64,000 bases of DNA from Candidatus Omnitrophota bacterium (GCA_903944345.1 CAJARJ010000002.1:65969-129968); one strand, 5' to 3'. Shown: positions 1 through 9,887, counted from the first letter of the stretch. The notes: generated by a model not told the origin, from the sequence alone. Translations and numbers: made by a program.

Positions 1-678
1 ACGATCATATATGGTCATCGGCTCGGCAACCTGCTGCACCAGTCCGTTCTTCATGACCACAATGCGGTCGCCCATGGTCATGGCTTCTGTCTGGTCGTGG
101 GTGACATAAATAAAAGTGGTCTGCAAACGCAGGCGCAACTTGTGGATCTCGGTGCGCATGGTCACACGCATCTTGGCATCCAGGTTGCTCAAAGGTTCGT
201 CAAAAAGAAACACCTTGGGCTTGCGGACAATCGCCCGCCCGAGAGCCACGCGCTGACGTTCTCCGCCGGAAAGCTGACGCGGACGACGATTAAGATATTT
301 ATGAATATTGAGAATTTCCGCAGCTTCGTGAACCCGCTTTTCGATCTCGGGCTTGGGATAAGAACGCAACTTGAGCCCGAAAGCCATATTCTCGAAAACG
401 GTCATGTGCGGATAAAGCGCGTAATTCTGGAAAACCATTGCGATGTCGCGGTCTTTGGGAGGAACATCATTGACCCGGCGGTCGCCAATCCAGATATCTC
501 CGGAAGAAATGTCTTCCAGCCCGGCGATCATGCGCAAAGTGGTGGATTTACCGCAACCTGAAGGGCCGACCAGGACAACAAACTCCTTGTCCTTGATCTG
601 AAGATTAACATTATCAACCGCTTTTGCGGCGCCGCCCTTGTAAGTCTTGCAAAGATTTTCTATCCGGATGCTGGCCAT
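1..678 (-). CDS. Sugar/glycerol-3-phosphate ABC transporter ATP-binding protein (MalK/UgpC family), 3' end outside window
   Basis: Manual translation from ATG at 678: [13 protein letters not shown]...[23 protein letters not shown] (Walker A); later [17 protein letters not shown] and [16 protein letters not shown]. Not in the ORF track because it is truncated. Confidence 0.92.
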   Translation of the reverse strand, partial: MASIRIENLCKTYKGGAAKAVDNVNLQIKDKEFVVLVGPSGCGKSTTLRMIAGLEDISSGDIWIGDRRVNDVPPKDRDIAMVFQNYALYPHMTVFENMAFGLKLRSYPKPEIEKRVHEAAEILNIHKYLNRRPRQLSGGERQRVALGRAIVRKPKVFLFDEPLSNLDAKMRVTMRTEIHKLRLRLQTTFIYVTHDQTEAMTMGDRIVVMKNGLVQQVAEPMTIYDR

Positions 679-745
679 ATGCGTCTCACAAGGATGGTTT
701 AAAAATTAAATATATTCTATGCAGAATGTTGCAAAATGCAATCGA

Positions 746-1618
746 TTATTTGGTACTTTTTTCGACCGGAACCTTTTGGCCGGAATAATCAATCATCCGG
801 ACAATGGCAGACTTCATATCTGTCCGCATAACAATCATGTCCAGCAGCCCGTGAGCCAGCATAAACTCGGAAGTCTGGAAACCTTTGGGCATTTTCTGAC
901 GAACCGTCTGCTCGATAACCCGCGGGCCGGCAAAGCCCAGAAGAGCTTTGGGTTCCGCCATGATAATATCACCAACCCCGGCAAAAGACGCCATAATGCC
1001 GCCCATAGTCGGATTGGTCAATACGGAAATATACAGCTGCCGGGCTGCGGCATGCCGGGACAATGCGGCACAGGTCTTGGCCATCTGCATAAGCGAAATG
1101 CACCCCTCATACATACGCGCACCACCGCCGGAACCGGAAACAATCACAATCGGCAGACGATTGCGGGTGGCGTACTCGACGGCACGGGTGATCCGCTCTC
1201 CGACCACCGAGCCCATAGAACCCATAATAAATTGCGAGTCCGTAACCGCGACAACAGCCGGACGGCCGTCCATTGTGCCGTATCCGGTGATGGCTGCATC
1301 CGACAAGCCGGTAGCCTTCTGATCCGCGGCCAGCTTGTCCTTGTACGTCTTGACTCCCTTGAAATTGAGCGGATCTTCTGATAACAGATCAGCATCCATC
1401 TCGACAAAAGAGCCATCATCGATAAGAAGTTCGAGTCTGCGGCGAGCGCACAAAGTCAGGTGAAAAAGGCACTTGGGGCAAACATTCCAGTTATTCTCGA
1501 TTTCTTTGGTATACGACGGCTGCTGGCATTCGGGACACTTCATCCAGATACCATCAGGAATAACCCGACGTTTGTTAACCCGAACAAATGTATTATTACT
1601 TTTACCAAAAAGGCTCAT
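746..1618 (-). CDS. accD: Acetyl-CoA carboxylase carboxyltransferase beta subunit
   Basis: C4 Zn finger CPEC...CPKC, FIMGSMGSVVGE, GGARMYEG, GFAGPRVIEQT. Confidence 0.96.
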   Translation of the reverse strand: MSLFGKSNNTFVRVNKRRVIPDGIWMKCPECQQPSYTKEIENNWNVCPKCLFHLTLCARRRLELLIDDGSFVEMDADLLSEDPLNFKGVKTYKDKLAADQKATGLSDAAITGYGTMDGRPAVVAVTDSQFIMGSMGSVVGERITRAVEYATRNRLPIVIVSGSGGGARMYEGCISLMQMAKTCAALSRHAAARQLYISVLTNPTMGGIMASFAGVGDIIMAEPKALLGFAGPRVIEQTVRQKMPKGFQTSEFMLAHGLLDMIVMRTDMKSAIVRMIDYSGQKVPVEKSTK

Positions 1619-1668
1619 AAATTCCTGTCGTCTTCTGCCCCGGGGAAAGAACTCCCGTTAATAGTTTT

Positions 1669-2931
1669 TTATAAAGAATGCAAAGCAATTCCGGATAATG
1701 CTTTAGGAAAAAAGTACGTGCTCTTCGGCGGCATCTTTTCGCCATTGAGCGCAATAGCCCGCAACTGCTCGATTTTCACGGGATTCAAAATAAACGCCGC
1801 ATCCGCCTGGCCATTATCCACATAGCTGAAACATTCATCGATATCCTTGTTGGAATACATGATATCTTCCGACTTGATATCCAGCCGGTCAAATACAAAC
1901 GACTTGAGAATAAGCGAATCGAGTCCGCGGTAATCCTTGGAGCCTTCTTTAATATATTCGTCCAACTGGCTGCGGTTTTTCAGCCGCAATAACTGAATTC
2001 CCTTTTTGGTATACAAACCGAAGGTGTGCTCATTGCGTCCGGCCCGGGCCAGCAAAAGAACGAGATCTTCCTTTTTTTTGACCGGATCGATACGAAAAAG
2101 ATTTTCCAGAAAACTGACATCCGCCGGAAAGCGACGGATAATCCGATGAATCGGAAAAATCTGCAAATCTTTGGAATCCATGTTGGTAAAATACGTCATG
2201 ACATAATTCCAGGGCTCTTCCCCCGTGGCCCCGGGATTCCTGGCCAGCTGTTCTTCACGGTAGCGACGGGAAACTTCGTAACGATGATGTCCGTCCGCAA
2301 TAAACAGATTCTGATCCTTGAAAACATCGACAATTTCGGCTATCGCCGCGGACTCATCCAGACGCCAGACCAGAGTGCGGGTTCCGTCATCCTCAACCAC
2401 ATCCATAAAGGGTGCCGTCGGGGCGACCTTGCGATTGAAGATCCCCTCTACTTTCTTCTGCCGGTCGGAAAAACACACAAAAATCGGGCTACAGGCCGCC
2501 TTGAGCGCCGTCCACAGCTTGAAACGATCTTCCTTGGCGCCGGCATGAGTCTTTTCATGCGGATGAAGTTTCGCCGAATCATCCTCGATCTTCATGACCG
2601 CCAGAAAACCCATACGGCTGTATTTCTGTCCAAGAATTTTATATTCCTGCTTGAGAAAATAAATACACGGCTTGTGATCCCGAACCAGAATGCCATCGTG
2701 AAGCCACTTGCGCAGGGTCTCTCCGGCCCGGGCATAACGGGAATCATCTTCACCGTGTTTGGCATCGGCCTTGGCCAGCATCACATGAATAAAATTATAC
2801 GGACTGCGCTTTTGCAGAATCTGTTCCTGTTCAGGAGAGATGACATCGTAAGGAGGGCAGATAACCTTGTTAAAATCGTTGATCTTGCTGGCGCTATAAA
2901 CCAGGCCCTGAAAAGGTTTAACAAGTGACAT
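1669..2931 (-). CDS. DUF1015 family protein
   Basis: CPPYDVIS, PHEKT, IADGHHRY, MPPKSTYFFPK motifs. Confidence 0.9.
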   Translation of the reverse strand: MSLVKPFQGLVYSASKINDFNKVICPPYDVISPEQEQILQKRSPYNFIHVMLAKADAKHGEDDSRYARAGETLRKWLHDGILVRDHKPCIYFLKQEYKILGQKYSRMGFLAVMKIEDDSAKLHPHEKTHAGAKEDRFKLWTALKAACSPIFVCFSDRQKKVEGIFNRKVAPTAPFMDVVEDDGTRTLVWRLDESAAIAEIVDVFKDQNLFIADGHHRYEVSRRYREEQLARNPGATGEEPWNYVMTYFTNMDSKDLQIFPIHRIIRRFPADVSFLENLFRIDPVKKKEDLVLLLARAGRNEHTFGLYTKKGIQLLRLKNRSQLDEYIKEGSKDYRGLDSLILKSFVFDRLDIKSEDIMYSNKDIDECFSYVDNGQADAAFILNPVKIEQLRAIALNGEKMPPKSTYFFPKALSGIALHSL

Positions 2932-3017
2932 TCGATCCAGACTTTCGTTTGGAGGTTAATGAAAAATCCTGCCCGAATTTCTCCGGAAGAAACCTGTCCA
3001 ACCGGAGAGATTCGGGC

Positions 3018-3046
3018 ATTATACAAAAAAAAGCAGAATTTGACAA
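3018..3046 (-). promoter_or_regulatory. Sigma70-type promoter for DUF1015-accD
   Basis: Minus strand TTGTCA-N17-TATAAT. Confidence 0.65.
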
Positions 3047-3061
3047 GAAATCGTCTTTAAA

Positions 3062-3101
3062 TGCCCGGGAGAACACACAAACGAAGGAACTCGCCCGGGC
3101 A
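3062..3101 (-). terminator. Stem-loop downstream of the 2017 aa gene (possible terminator)
   Basis: TGCCCGGG...CCCGGGCA inverted repeat 14 nt after the stop; weak U-tract. Confidence 0.4.
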
Positions 3102-3114
3102 GGCAACAGAAATA

Positions 3115-6100
3115 TCAAATGTCTTTCGTCAACAACGAAAGGGTCATCGCCGGAGCGATCGGCACCGGAACACCGATGTGCGGAATAAACCCGTCGATGG
3201 GTATCTGCTGCAAGTCAGCTTCCGGAAAAGCATCCAATGCTTCACCTGTTTCTTTCAGATCGATACGCCGGCCGTCAAGATCGATACCGCCGGTAGCTTC
3301 CCGATCCTTGTTTATAGCCGTCTTGTCTTGCGGCGGAATCTCGGAAGCATCTGACCCCGCGACAAAAGCTTCTCCGGGCTGCAACGTTGCTGCGGCCACA
3401 GGTTTGGCAAATTCCGGATACACCTCATCATACAAATGCCCTTCACGAATACGGACGTACTCCGCTTCTTCGATCTTGCCTTTCAGGAGCTCTTTCAGAT
3501 AATGCGTTTCTCCCCATGGAGTAGGCGTTGTGTGAACACCCGCCCGGCTCCAGGTCTTGGCAGTCATCCACAGCCGCCCCCCCAGGCTGGAACGCATGGC
3601 GGCCACAGAACCAACCACTTTGGTCGCTGTAAGGATCGAAAAAAGCCCCAGAGAACTTTCTATAATCGCAGTTTCGTCAGGATCCGCTCCCTTCGGAACA
3701 TACACAGGAACATCCACCACGACCGCACTGCCTTTCCATATTCCAAGCCCGAAGAACGCCCCGGTGTTCGGGAAAGACACCTGCCGGACACTCATACGCC
3801 CGCGGTTAAGATCGTGCACCGGAACAAAATTGAGAATAATATCTCCCCGGCCAACATCCGAAGCGTGCCTGGACACAAAGTTATCCAGCGAGTCTCCTTC
3901 GTAAATCGCGGACGGGCTTGTGCCGGAGGTGCCATTGGCCCACAGGCGGGAATAATAATTACGAGTCAGCTCTCCGACGGCCTTCGGGCCGACAATAAAG
4001 ATCTTCCGTGCCCCGGTGCGCCCGAAAGACGACAATCCGGCGATCTTTGAATAGGTTTCGGACAAAAAGAACTTCAACGCGTAATTGATGAAGATAAAAT
4101 CCGCCACCCGGACAACGTAATCCATAAATTGATCCGGATACCAGTTTTGCGGGCCGGCAGAAAACATATAAAGCAGGGTTAAAGGCCCGCCGAAAAGAAA
4201 AACCGCCAAAACAATCAGATCCTTGACCCGGTCAATAACCCAGGGCCGCAGCATGGCCAGGCCGATCTTTTTACCGATCTGCGTCAATTCCTTGTTCACA
4301 TCAGAGGAGAACGAATCCCCCTTCTCATCGGTTCCGGTCATGGCACGCACGGTATCAACTCCACCATCAGCCACCGCCTTTTTGATCTCCTGGAATTTCT
4401 CGGGTGCAAATCGCAGATAAAAACCATCAGTTTCCTGCGCGCCCGCAGACGTCAAGTCCTCGGCTAATTGATAGACCAGACGTTTGGAATGATACATAAG
4501 CTGTATTTCCGATGCGGTTGGCGCCTCCGAAAAGAAATACGTTCCGGTCAGGAAAAACCTCTGATTTTCGGGATCGTCCGCCGGCTTGTCCTTGATCCGC
4601 AGCAAATCCAGAACCATCGCATCCGCACGGGAGGTCATAGCATAAACGTTGCCGACCCCTGCCAGCGCTTTCAATGCCTTGGTGGCCGTTTTTGTCGGAG
4701 ATGTCGCGCCAGACTTGCTGACCACCAGCGCCATGGTGTTTTCGTCCACACGGTAATAGTTCTGGTGCCGTTCAAAAGACTGCACAAACTGGTTGGCCGA
4801 AACAGTCTCGATCTTCAGCCCGTCAACCAGATCATAAAGCAGGTCGAACATCGCCGAGGGGATAATGAAGGAATCATCATAGCCCACCACCAGAAGTCTT
4901 GGCTCTTTGCCGCCGGCTTTAACCTCGCGCAGCTGCCGGGCAAGCCGGCTGGCCGCTTTTCTCAGGTCCGAATCAGCATTGTTCCATCTCTCATTTGCGT
5001 CGGCGACAACGGCTGTGGACATCGACAGCTCCTCGGGAACAATGCGGCTTTCTTTCTTGTACTGGACAGGGGGCGGCGCATGACGCGGATTCTTTTTACC
5101 GTCCACCATCTCCTGTGTAGAATAGAAATCGCCTCTCAGTTCCTCATCCGGGACCGCGAGCCATCCTTTGTTTAAAGGATCGTCTTTCCAGGAACGGATA
5201 TCAAACTTGCCCTCCTGATCATAGGTCAGATTCATCACCTGACCGTCTTGCAGATGAACGATCTCGTCGTACTTCTCTCCGTTTGGCCCGGGGGTCTTCA
5301 GCGTCTGGCTGTCCGATGAGGCGCCGAAAGTCATGTTGGTATGATCCAGCCCTACCGCCACATCCTGCCCGTTATTGAAAACAGTAACACCGTCGGCAAA
5401 TGCCGTGGTCTGTACAAAAATACCATACGTCCCGTCCGCACGCTTGGCAAACTCGCGCACCGCCTGCTCACGGCTTCCGGTAAAATATTTTTTCATGACA
5501 ACCGCTACCCAGAACAAACGCTGCGCCTCGACATCCAGCTTGGAATCCCTCCAGCCCCGCTCCATTCTGGCCAGCACCCTGCCCGCTTCGGAATCCGTAC
5601 CGGACTCCCGGGCCAGTCTTTGGGCCAGACGATCACGGACAGTCAAAAGCATGTCGTACTGCGCTTCCACTCCGGCTTCCGCCGCCTGCTTTCTGGAATC
5701 AAACCACAAGTCACTCAATTCCTTGACTCTCCCGGCAGGCTTGTACCCGGGTCTGGACAAAAGCTGAAGAACTGTTTTCCCGGAACTTACTTTCCGGTCC
5801 ATCTCCTGACGAAACACCTCTCCCAGCGCCTCTTCCTCGCGTTCGGACAAAAGATCTTCCATCGCATTGGACAAGAAGGAGTGGTTCGCAAACACATGTG
5901 CATACCGTACAGCAGTTTTCCAGATCCCCTGGGCCAAAAAAAGATGGATCTGGAAAGGGATGATCGGAGAATCTCCCGGAGGAAGCCCGAAGAGAGCTGA
6001 GTCCAGATGATTAAAGAACGCCTGGGGATATCTATTGAACTGCGCGCGAAAATCGTCATCCACTCCGGCAAACTTTGGCGACACGCGGCCGTTGACAATA

Positions 6101-9100
6101 TATCCGCGCCTGCGAAGTTCCTTAACAATTCTCCTGTAATCGGGGCGAAACCCTCTTTCCAGCACCAAAAGAGGATTAATATCGGCCTTCAGATAAGACG
6201 CCGTAACCTCCCCCTGGAAATAATGATGCAGCAACGCCGGGAAAACCCTGCGCATGGCCGTTGTATCGAGCGTCTGGCCAAACATGCGGGTAACGTTTCC
6301 CCCGCCCATTCTGGCGTTGTCGTTATCTCCATTATGTCCGATCACCACCATCACCTTTCTCCAGATACGCCGTAACACATTATTCTCGTCAAACGCTTCC
6401 ATGACAACCTCTTCCTCGCGGCTGGCATGAGGATGCGTTGCCTTCTTGACCAGAACCCCTCCTGTTGCAAACCGTGTATGATTGAGAATAAAAACCACAA
6501 CCGCACGACCCAGATTGTCTATGGCCTTGGCTTTGGCAGGTATCCCCTTGATGAAGGCCTTGACATTGCGCCCGATCAGATCCGGAGCGAACACCGGACC
6601 GGTTCCTTTCTCCCAACGCAGCCAGCGTTTGGGTTTGAGCATTTTACTGATCCAGGCTTCAGAATTTTCTCCGTCGGAACTATACACCAGTGCCAGCCCG
6701 AGAGCCTGGCCGCCGCGAGCCTCAAGTGTGCGCATCTCACTCTCAAGTTTCGGCATAAGTTCCTGAACCGTTTTGAGAACAACCCCCGGACTATTGTCCT
6801 GCGGAGCAATGCGGCCTCCCCGGACTTCAATGCCGCAACGAACCAGCGCATGACTCAAGGCAGAAGCGTTCACGACCCCCAGAACGGTCATCGCCAGAAG
6901 CGCAGGAATAGCCAGCTGGGTTGCCGCGGCACCTGCGGACAAAACAAGGAAAGTGTGCACGGAGAACCAGCCCAGAGTCAGCAAAGACAACAATCCCCGC
7001 GCCCATAACGGCACGGCATAGGCCGGTTTCGCCTGACGGCTGTTCCCCTCCGGTTTTCCTTCAACCGGAGCGGCCAATATCTCTCCTGTTGCGTCATCCT
7101 GTTCAAGTTCGTGCAGCCCAGACAGAATCTCTGCATTCTCATTGCCCCCCTGCCGGGAGACCGCGGGCCGAGCATCGGCCAAGAGTTCAGCGGCATTCTC
7201 TCTTACGGTAGCCCCCTGACCGGCTGTTGTTGCAGGAGGAACTTCATCACGAAAAACGACCGTTGGATCATCTTTCTCGGGCTCCATTGGAGCTTTTGTT
7301 CCTGTCCTCAAAACTTTCTGCTGTTTTGCGGTACGCTTTTTACCAAAAAGAAATGCTCCGCCCAGAAACAGCAATCCGCCTAACAGAGAATACACCCGGG
7401 GATCCCTCAGGCTGATCTCGGGCCACTCCATCCCGGAAACCCCACCTTTTACTTTATCGATCAGATACTGCCTGAAAGACGTAAACCCGGCCAATTCTTC
7501 GCGGGCAGGCTGTACAAAAGACGGCTCAGCCACAGCTGCGGCGGGAGCCTGCACAGTCGATGAAGCAGGCGGTTGCGTAGTTAGCTCCTTTTGATCCCCC
7601 CCCCGATCTGGAACAGTTACAGGGATCACTGCGGGGGCTTGTTTGACCGGAACAGACAAAGCCGGCAAAGCCCGCAGCACTTCTTCAGGAAGCACCGCAT
7701 TAATTACCAGCGGACGGTACGGAGCAACAGGATCCGCCTGGTCTCCTCCCAAAGTCTTGACCACGCCGCCTTTGCCGTCTTTTCCCCACATGGAGCCGTA
7801 AAATCCCGAATGTTTATACCCTTCGGGATTCAATCTTTTATACGTCGTACGGATCCGTTGAACCGCATGACCGTAGGTCTCCCCGGGCTTTAGTTCGACA
7901 ACTGTTGCCTTTCCGTCGGAAGACGGGGCAAACGCCGCGGCATGCGACATGGCCACAGGCGCCATGGCCAGCGTCACCCCAAGCGCCAGCGAACGAACCA
8001 GTCCGGAAGACAGCATGGCCTGGTCAACCGGCTCAAGCTGCAAAGGCGTACGTAAAAGATCTGAAGACATCGCGCCATCAAGGCCAGTCAAAGGCAATTG
8101 TGTTTCACGGTAAGGCCCAGCTGGCTGATTCAACCCGGAAAGCATCACTCCACCCGAGAAATACTTGCGGGGAATCATCTGCGCATCAACAGGGTCGTTT
8201 TCTTCCTTGATATAGGAATAAACCCCTTCTTCTACCGACCTCAAATACCGTTCAAAAATTTCCTGACGCAATGCCGGAGCAACACTGTCAATGCCGCGCA
8301 CCTTGTTTTGCCCCACATAACGCGTTCCCACTACCGTTGCGGCTTGATGACGTTTGTACCATGTGGCCAACACCAGCGCGTTATAGACCTGCCTTACGGG
8401 AGCAAACAATTCTCCACCATTGACATCCCGGCGTAGAACCGGAAGGATCATCTGACGAAATACATCCGTGTATATCCGGGCCACTCCTTCTTCTTTGGCG
8501 GTCAGCTGCGAATCCTGAAGCAATTGATAGTCGGTATCCGTAAGCACATCTAAAGAGGTATCGGTCACAAAAACGCTGTTATTACGCGTGTAAACAGTTG
8601 CCGTGGATGGAATAATCCACACTTTATTAATATTTCCGGCCGGAATATCTGTTGTTCCATACTCGGCAAACACCCTGCCGTAAACTTCTTTCCAGAAGGC
8701 TGCTCCCAAAGAAGTTTCCGGATAGGTTAAAGAGGCGGCTTTCTGTTTGAGTAAATAATCCTGCTCCATCAACACCTTGCCCATTTCCGTACGAGCAAAT
8801 GTTTCGGGCATAACGCGGTCGCGGCCATCCGGAGAAAGGTTCACCCACATATCCTGGTCGGGAACAGCCAAAGACGCCAGAAGGAACTGACTCAACCGGG
8901 CAATCCCTCCACGCAGATTCTCATTATCGGCCAGCGAAGAGCCTTTATCCACAATCAGATCAAAACGCAACGGATCTGCAGGGTAAACTTTCAACCCCTT
9001 GAGCGTCAACGGATAATAAACCCCCGGGGCCGGTACAGCAGGAAACACAGCCGGCAGACTTCCGACAGACTGTGCCTGCAACAGTTCCGGAAGTATGGCA

Positions 9101-9168
9101 CTCCAGAACACAAAGAACGACACCATACAACAGCACACTCTAAACCATATCGCCCTGCAATCTCTCAT
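3115..9168 (-). CDS. Large modular exported protein, paralog 1 (conserved N-domain, membrane segments, degenerate GlmS-like GATase/SIS cargo, GGIDL tail)
   Basis: 2017 aa ORF with signal peptide; WVNLSP, EQDYLLKQ, KVWIIP and PRKYFSGG shared with three paralogs; CGI, HTRFATGG, HPH, HNGD and VSKSGATSPT resemble GlmS motifs. Confidence 0.85.
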   Translation of the reverse strand: MRDCRAIWFRVCCCMVSFFVFWSAILPELLQAQSVGSLPAVFPAVPAPGVYYPLTLKGLKVYPADPLRFDLIVDKGSSLADNENLRGGIARLSQFLLASLAVPDQDMWVNLSPDGRDRVMPETFARTEMGKVLMEQDYLLKQKAASLTYPETSLGAAFWKEVYGRVFAEYGTTDIPAGNINKVWIIPSTATVYTRNNSVFVTDTSLDVLTDTDYQLLQDSQLTAKEEGVARIYTDVFRQMILPVLRRDVNGGELFAPVRQVYNALVLATWYKRHQAATVVGTRYVGQNKVRGIDSVAPALRQEIFERYLRSVEEGVYSYIKEENDPVDAQMIPRKYFSGGVMLSGLNQPAGPYRETQLPLTGLDGAMSSDLLRTPLQLEPVDQAMLSSGLVRSLALGVTLAMAPVAMSHAAAFAPSSDGKATVVELKPGETYGHAVQRIRTTYKRLNPEGYKHSGFYGSMWGKDGKGGVVKTLGGDQADPVAPYRPLVINAVLPEEVLRALPALSVPVKQAPAVIPVTVPDRGGDQKELTTQPPASSTVQAPAAAVAEPSFVQPAREELAGFTSFRQYLIDKVKGGVSGMEWPEISLRDPRVYSLLGGLLFLGGAFLFGKKRTAKQQKVLRTGTKAPMEPEKDDPTVVFRDEVPPATTAGQGATVRENAAELLADARPAVSRQGGNENAEILSGLHELEQDDATGEILAAPVEGKPEGNSRQAKPAYAVPLWARGLLSLLTLGWFSVHTFLVLSAGAAATQLAIPALLAMTVLGVVNASALSHALVRCGIEVRGGRIAPQDNSPGVVLKTVQELMPKLESEMRTLEARGGQALGLALVYSSDGENSEAWISKMLKPKRWLRWEKGTGPVFAPDLIGRNVKAFIKGIPAKAKAIDNLGRAVVVFILNHTRFATGGVLVKKATHPHASREEEVVMEAFDENNVLRRIWRKVMVVIGHNGDNDNARMGGGNVTRMFGQTLDTTAMRRVFPALLHHYFQGEVTASYLKADINPLLVLERGFRPDYRRIVKELRRRGYIVNGRVSPKFAGVDDDFRAQFNRYPQAFFNHLDSALFGLPPGDSPIIPFQIHLFLAQGIWKTAVRYAHVFANHSFLSNAMEDLLSEREEEALGEVFRQEMDRKVSSGKTVLQLLSRPGYKPAGRVKELSDLWFDSRKQAAEAGVEAQYDMLLTVRDRLAQRLARESGTDSEAGRVLARMERGWRDSKLDVEAQRLFWVAVVMKKYFTGSREQAVREFAKRADGTYGIFVQTTAFADGVTVFNNGQDVAVGLDHTNMTFGASSDSQTLKTPGPNGEKYDEIVHLQDGQVMNLTYDQEGKFDIRSWKDDPLNKGWLAVPDEELRGDFYSTQEMVDGKKNPRHAPPPVQYKKESRIVPEELSMSTAVVADANERWNNADSDLRKAASRLARQLREVKAGGKEPRLLVVGYDDSFIIPSAMFDLLYDLVDGLKIETVSANQFVQSFERHQNYYRVDENTMALVVSKSGATSPTKTATKALKALAGVGNVYAMTSRADAMVLDLLRIKDKPADDPENQRFFLTGTYFFSEAPTASEIQLMYHSKRLVYQLAEDLTSAGAQETDGFYLRFAPEKFQEIKKAVADGGVDTVRAMTGTDEKGDSFSSDVNKELTQIGKKIGLAMLRPWVIDRVKDLIVLAVFLFGGPLTLLYMFSAGPQNWYPDQFMDYVVRVADFIFINYALKFFLSETYSKIAGLSSFGRTGARKIFIVGPKAVGELTRNYYSRLWANGTSGTSPSAIYEGDSLDNFVSRHASDVGRGDIILNFVPVHDLNRGRMSVRQVSFPNTGAFFGLGIWKGSAVVVDVPVYVPKGADPDETAIIESSLGLFSILTATKVVGSVAAMRSSLGGRLWMTAKTWSRAGVHTTPTPWGETHYLKELLKGKIEEAEYVRIREGHLYDEVYPEFAKPVAAATLQPGEAFVAGSDASEIPPQDKTAINKDREATGGIDLDGRRIDLKETGEALDAFPEADLQQIPIDGFIPHIGVPVPIAPAMTLSLLTKDI

Positions 9169-9191
9169 AACAAACCCCTTTCCATAAAATG

Positions 9192-9278
9192 AAAAAGCCC
9201 AATAATTGTTTCCTCCTCAGGAAACGATCATTGGGCGTCAATGTCCAAATCATCTGTTCTGCCGGGCAACATTGCCCG
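9192..9278 (-). promoter_or_regulatory. Proximal ANTAR-type dual-hexaloop attenuator with intrinsic terminator
   Basis: P1 CGGGC-AATGTT-GCCCG (9263-9278); P2 TTGGAC-ATTGAC-GCCCAA (9231-9248) overlaps the 5' arm of an 18-bp terminator (9197-9236) followed by TTTTT. Confidence 0.75.
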
Positions 9279-9292
9279 AGAAACTATTCAAC

Positions 9293-9376
9293 AAAAAAAC
9301 CCAACCAAAGTTTCCTACTCAGGAAACGATAATTGGGCATCAGTGTCCAAATATTTTTGACGAGCGTCTTTACCCG
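9293..9376 (-). promoter_or_regulatory. Distal ANTAR-type dual-hexaloop attenuator with intrinsic terminator
   Basis: P1 CGGGT-AAAGAC-GCTCG (9361-9376); P2 TTGGAC-ACTGAT-GCCCAA (9333-9350) overlaps terminator 9299-9338 followed by a T-run; diverged direct repeat of the proximal unit, period about 102 nt. Confidence 0.75.
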
Positions 9377-9411
9377 ACAAAAAACTGTTCAAAAAGCATC
9401 TTTACTGCTAA

Positions 9412-9440
9412 ATAATAGAACAAATAAACAGCTTTGTCAA
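9412..9440 (-). promoter_or_regulatory. Sigma70-type promoter for paralog 1, upstream of both attenuators
   Basis: Minus strand TTGACA-N17-TATTAT. Confidence 0.7.
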
Positions 9441-9608
9441 GTCCATTGCCTTTGCCGGCAAATTATTCTAAAGAAAATCAAGAAACTGATTTACACGAAC
9501 ACCTGGATCATAAAACATTGCAATATAAATACTTTCACGCGAAGACTTCCAGACATCTTTCCGTCCCATTACTAAAATACATACGGCCTTTTTTATCCCG
9601 AATTGCGC

Positions 9609-9887
9609 TTATGCGGACGAGCAGCCACCAGACTCTTTCATCGGACAAGACGAACAAGAAGTAGAAACCGGGGCCGGTTTTTTATCAGAATCAGGCACAG
9701 TCTTCTTTTTGTAGTCTGTTTCGTAAAAACCCGATCCTTTGAAAATAACTCCGCTGCCGCTGCCAATCAGTCGCGCCAGGCGCGGAGCTTTGCACTCGGG
9801 GCACACGCTCAGCTTGGGTTCGGTGATAGACTGCAAAGCCTCAAAAACATGGCCGCAGGCTGAACATTCATACTCATACGTAGGCAT
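9609..9887 (-). CDS. FmdB family zinc-ribbon protein
   Basis: MPTYEYECSACGH...CPEC...FKGSGFYETDY. Confidence 0.92.
   Translation of the reverse strand: MPTYEYECSACGHVFEALQSITEPKLSVCPECKAPRLARLIGSGSGVIFKGSGFYETDYKKKTVPDSDKKPAPVSTSCSSCPMKESGGCSSA

Noticed and set aside
97-561. 154 aa plus-strand ORF
   Set aside because: Antisense shadow of the MalK/UgpC ATPase on the minus strand.
3115-9168. Calling paralog 1 the housekeeping glmS, or paralog 3 glgA
   Set aside because: Motifs are degenerate and embedded in a signal-peptide-bearing chassis; gene symbols withheld.
9192-9400. Known metabolite riboswitch (c-di-GMP I/II, glmS ribozyme) ahead of the GlmS-like gene
   Set aside because: I could not see their consensus cores; the AxxGxx dual-hexaloop plus terminator pattern fits better. 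An Rfam scan is still needed.
9206-9415. 69 aa ORF with an internal repeat (FPxQETIIGxQCPN twice), or a mini-CRISPR reading of the same repeat
   Set aside because: The repeat is explained by duplicated RNA hairpins on the opposite strand; only two diverged copies, no spacer pattern and no cas genes.
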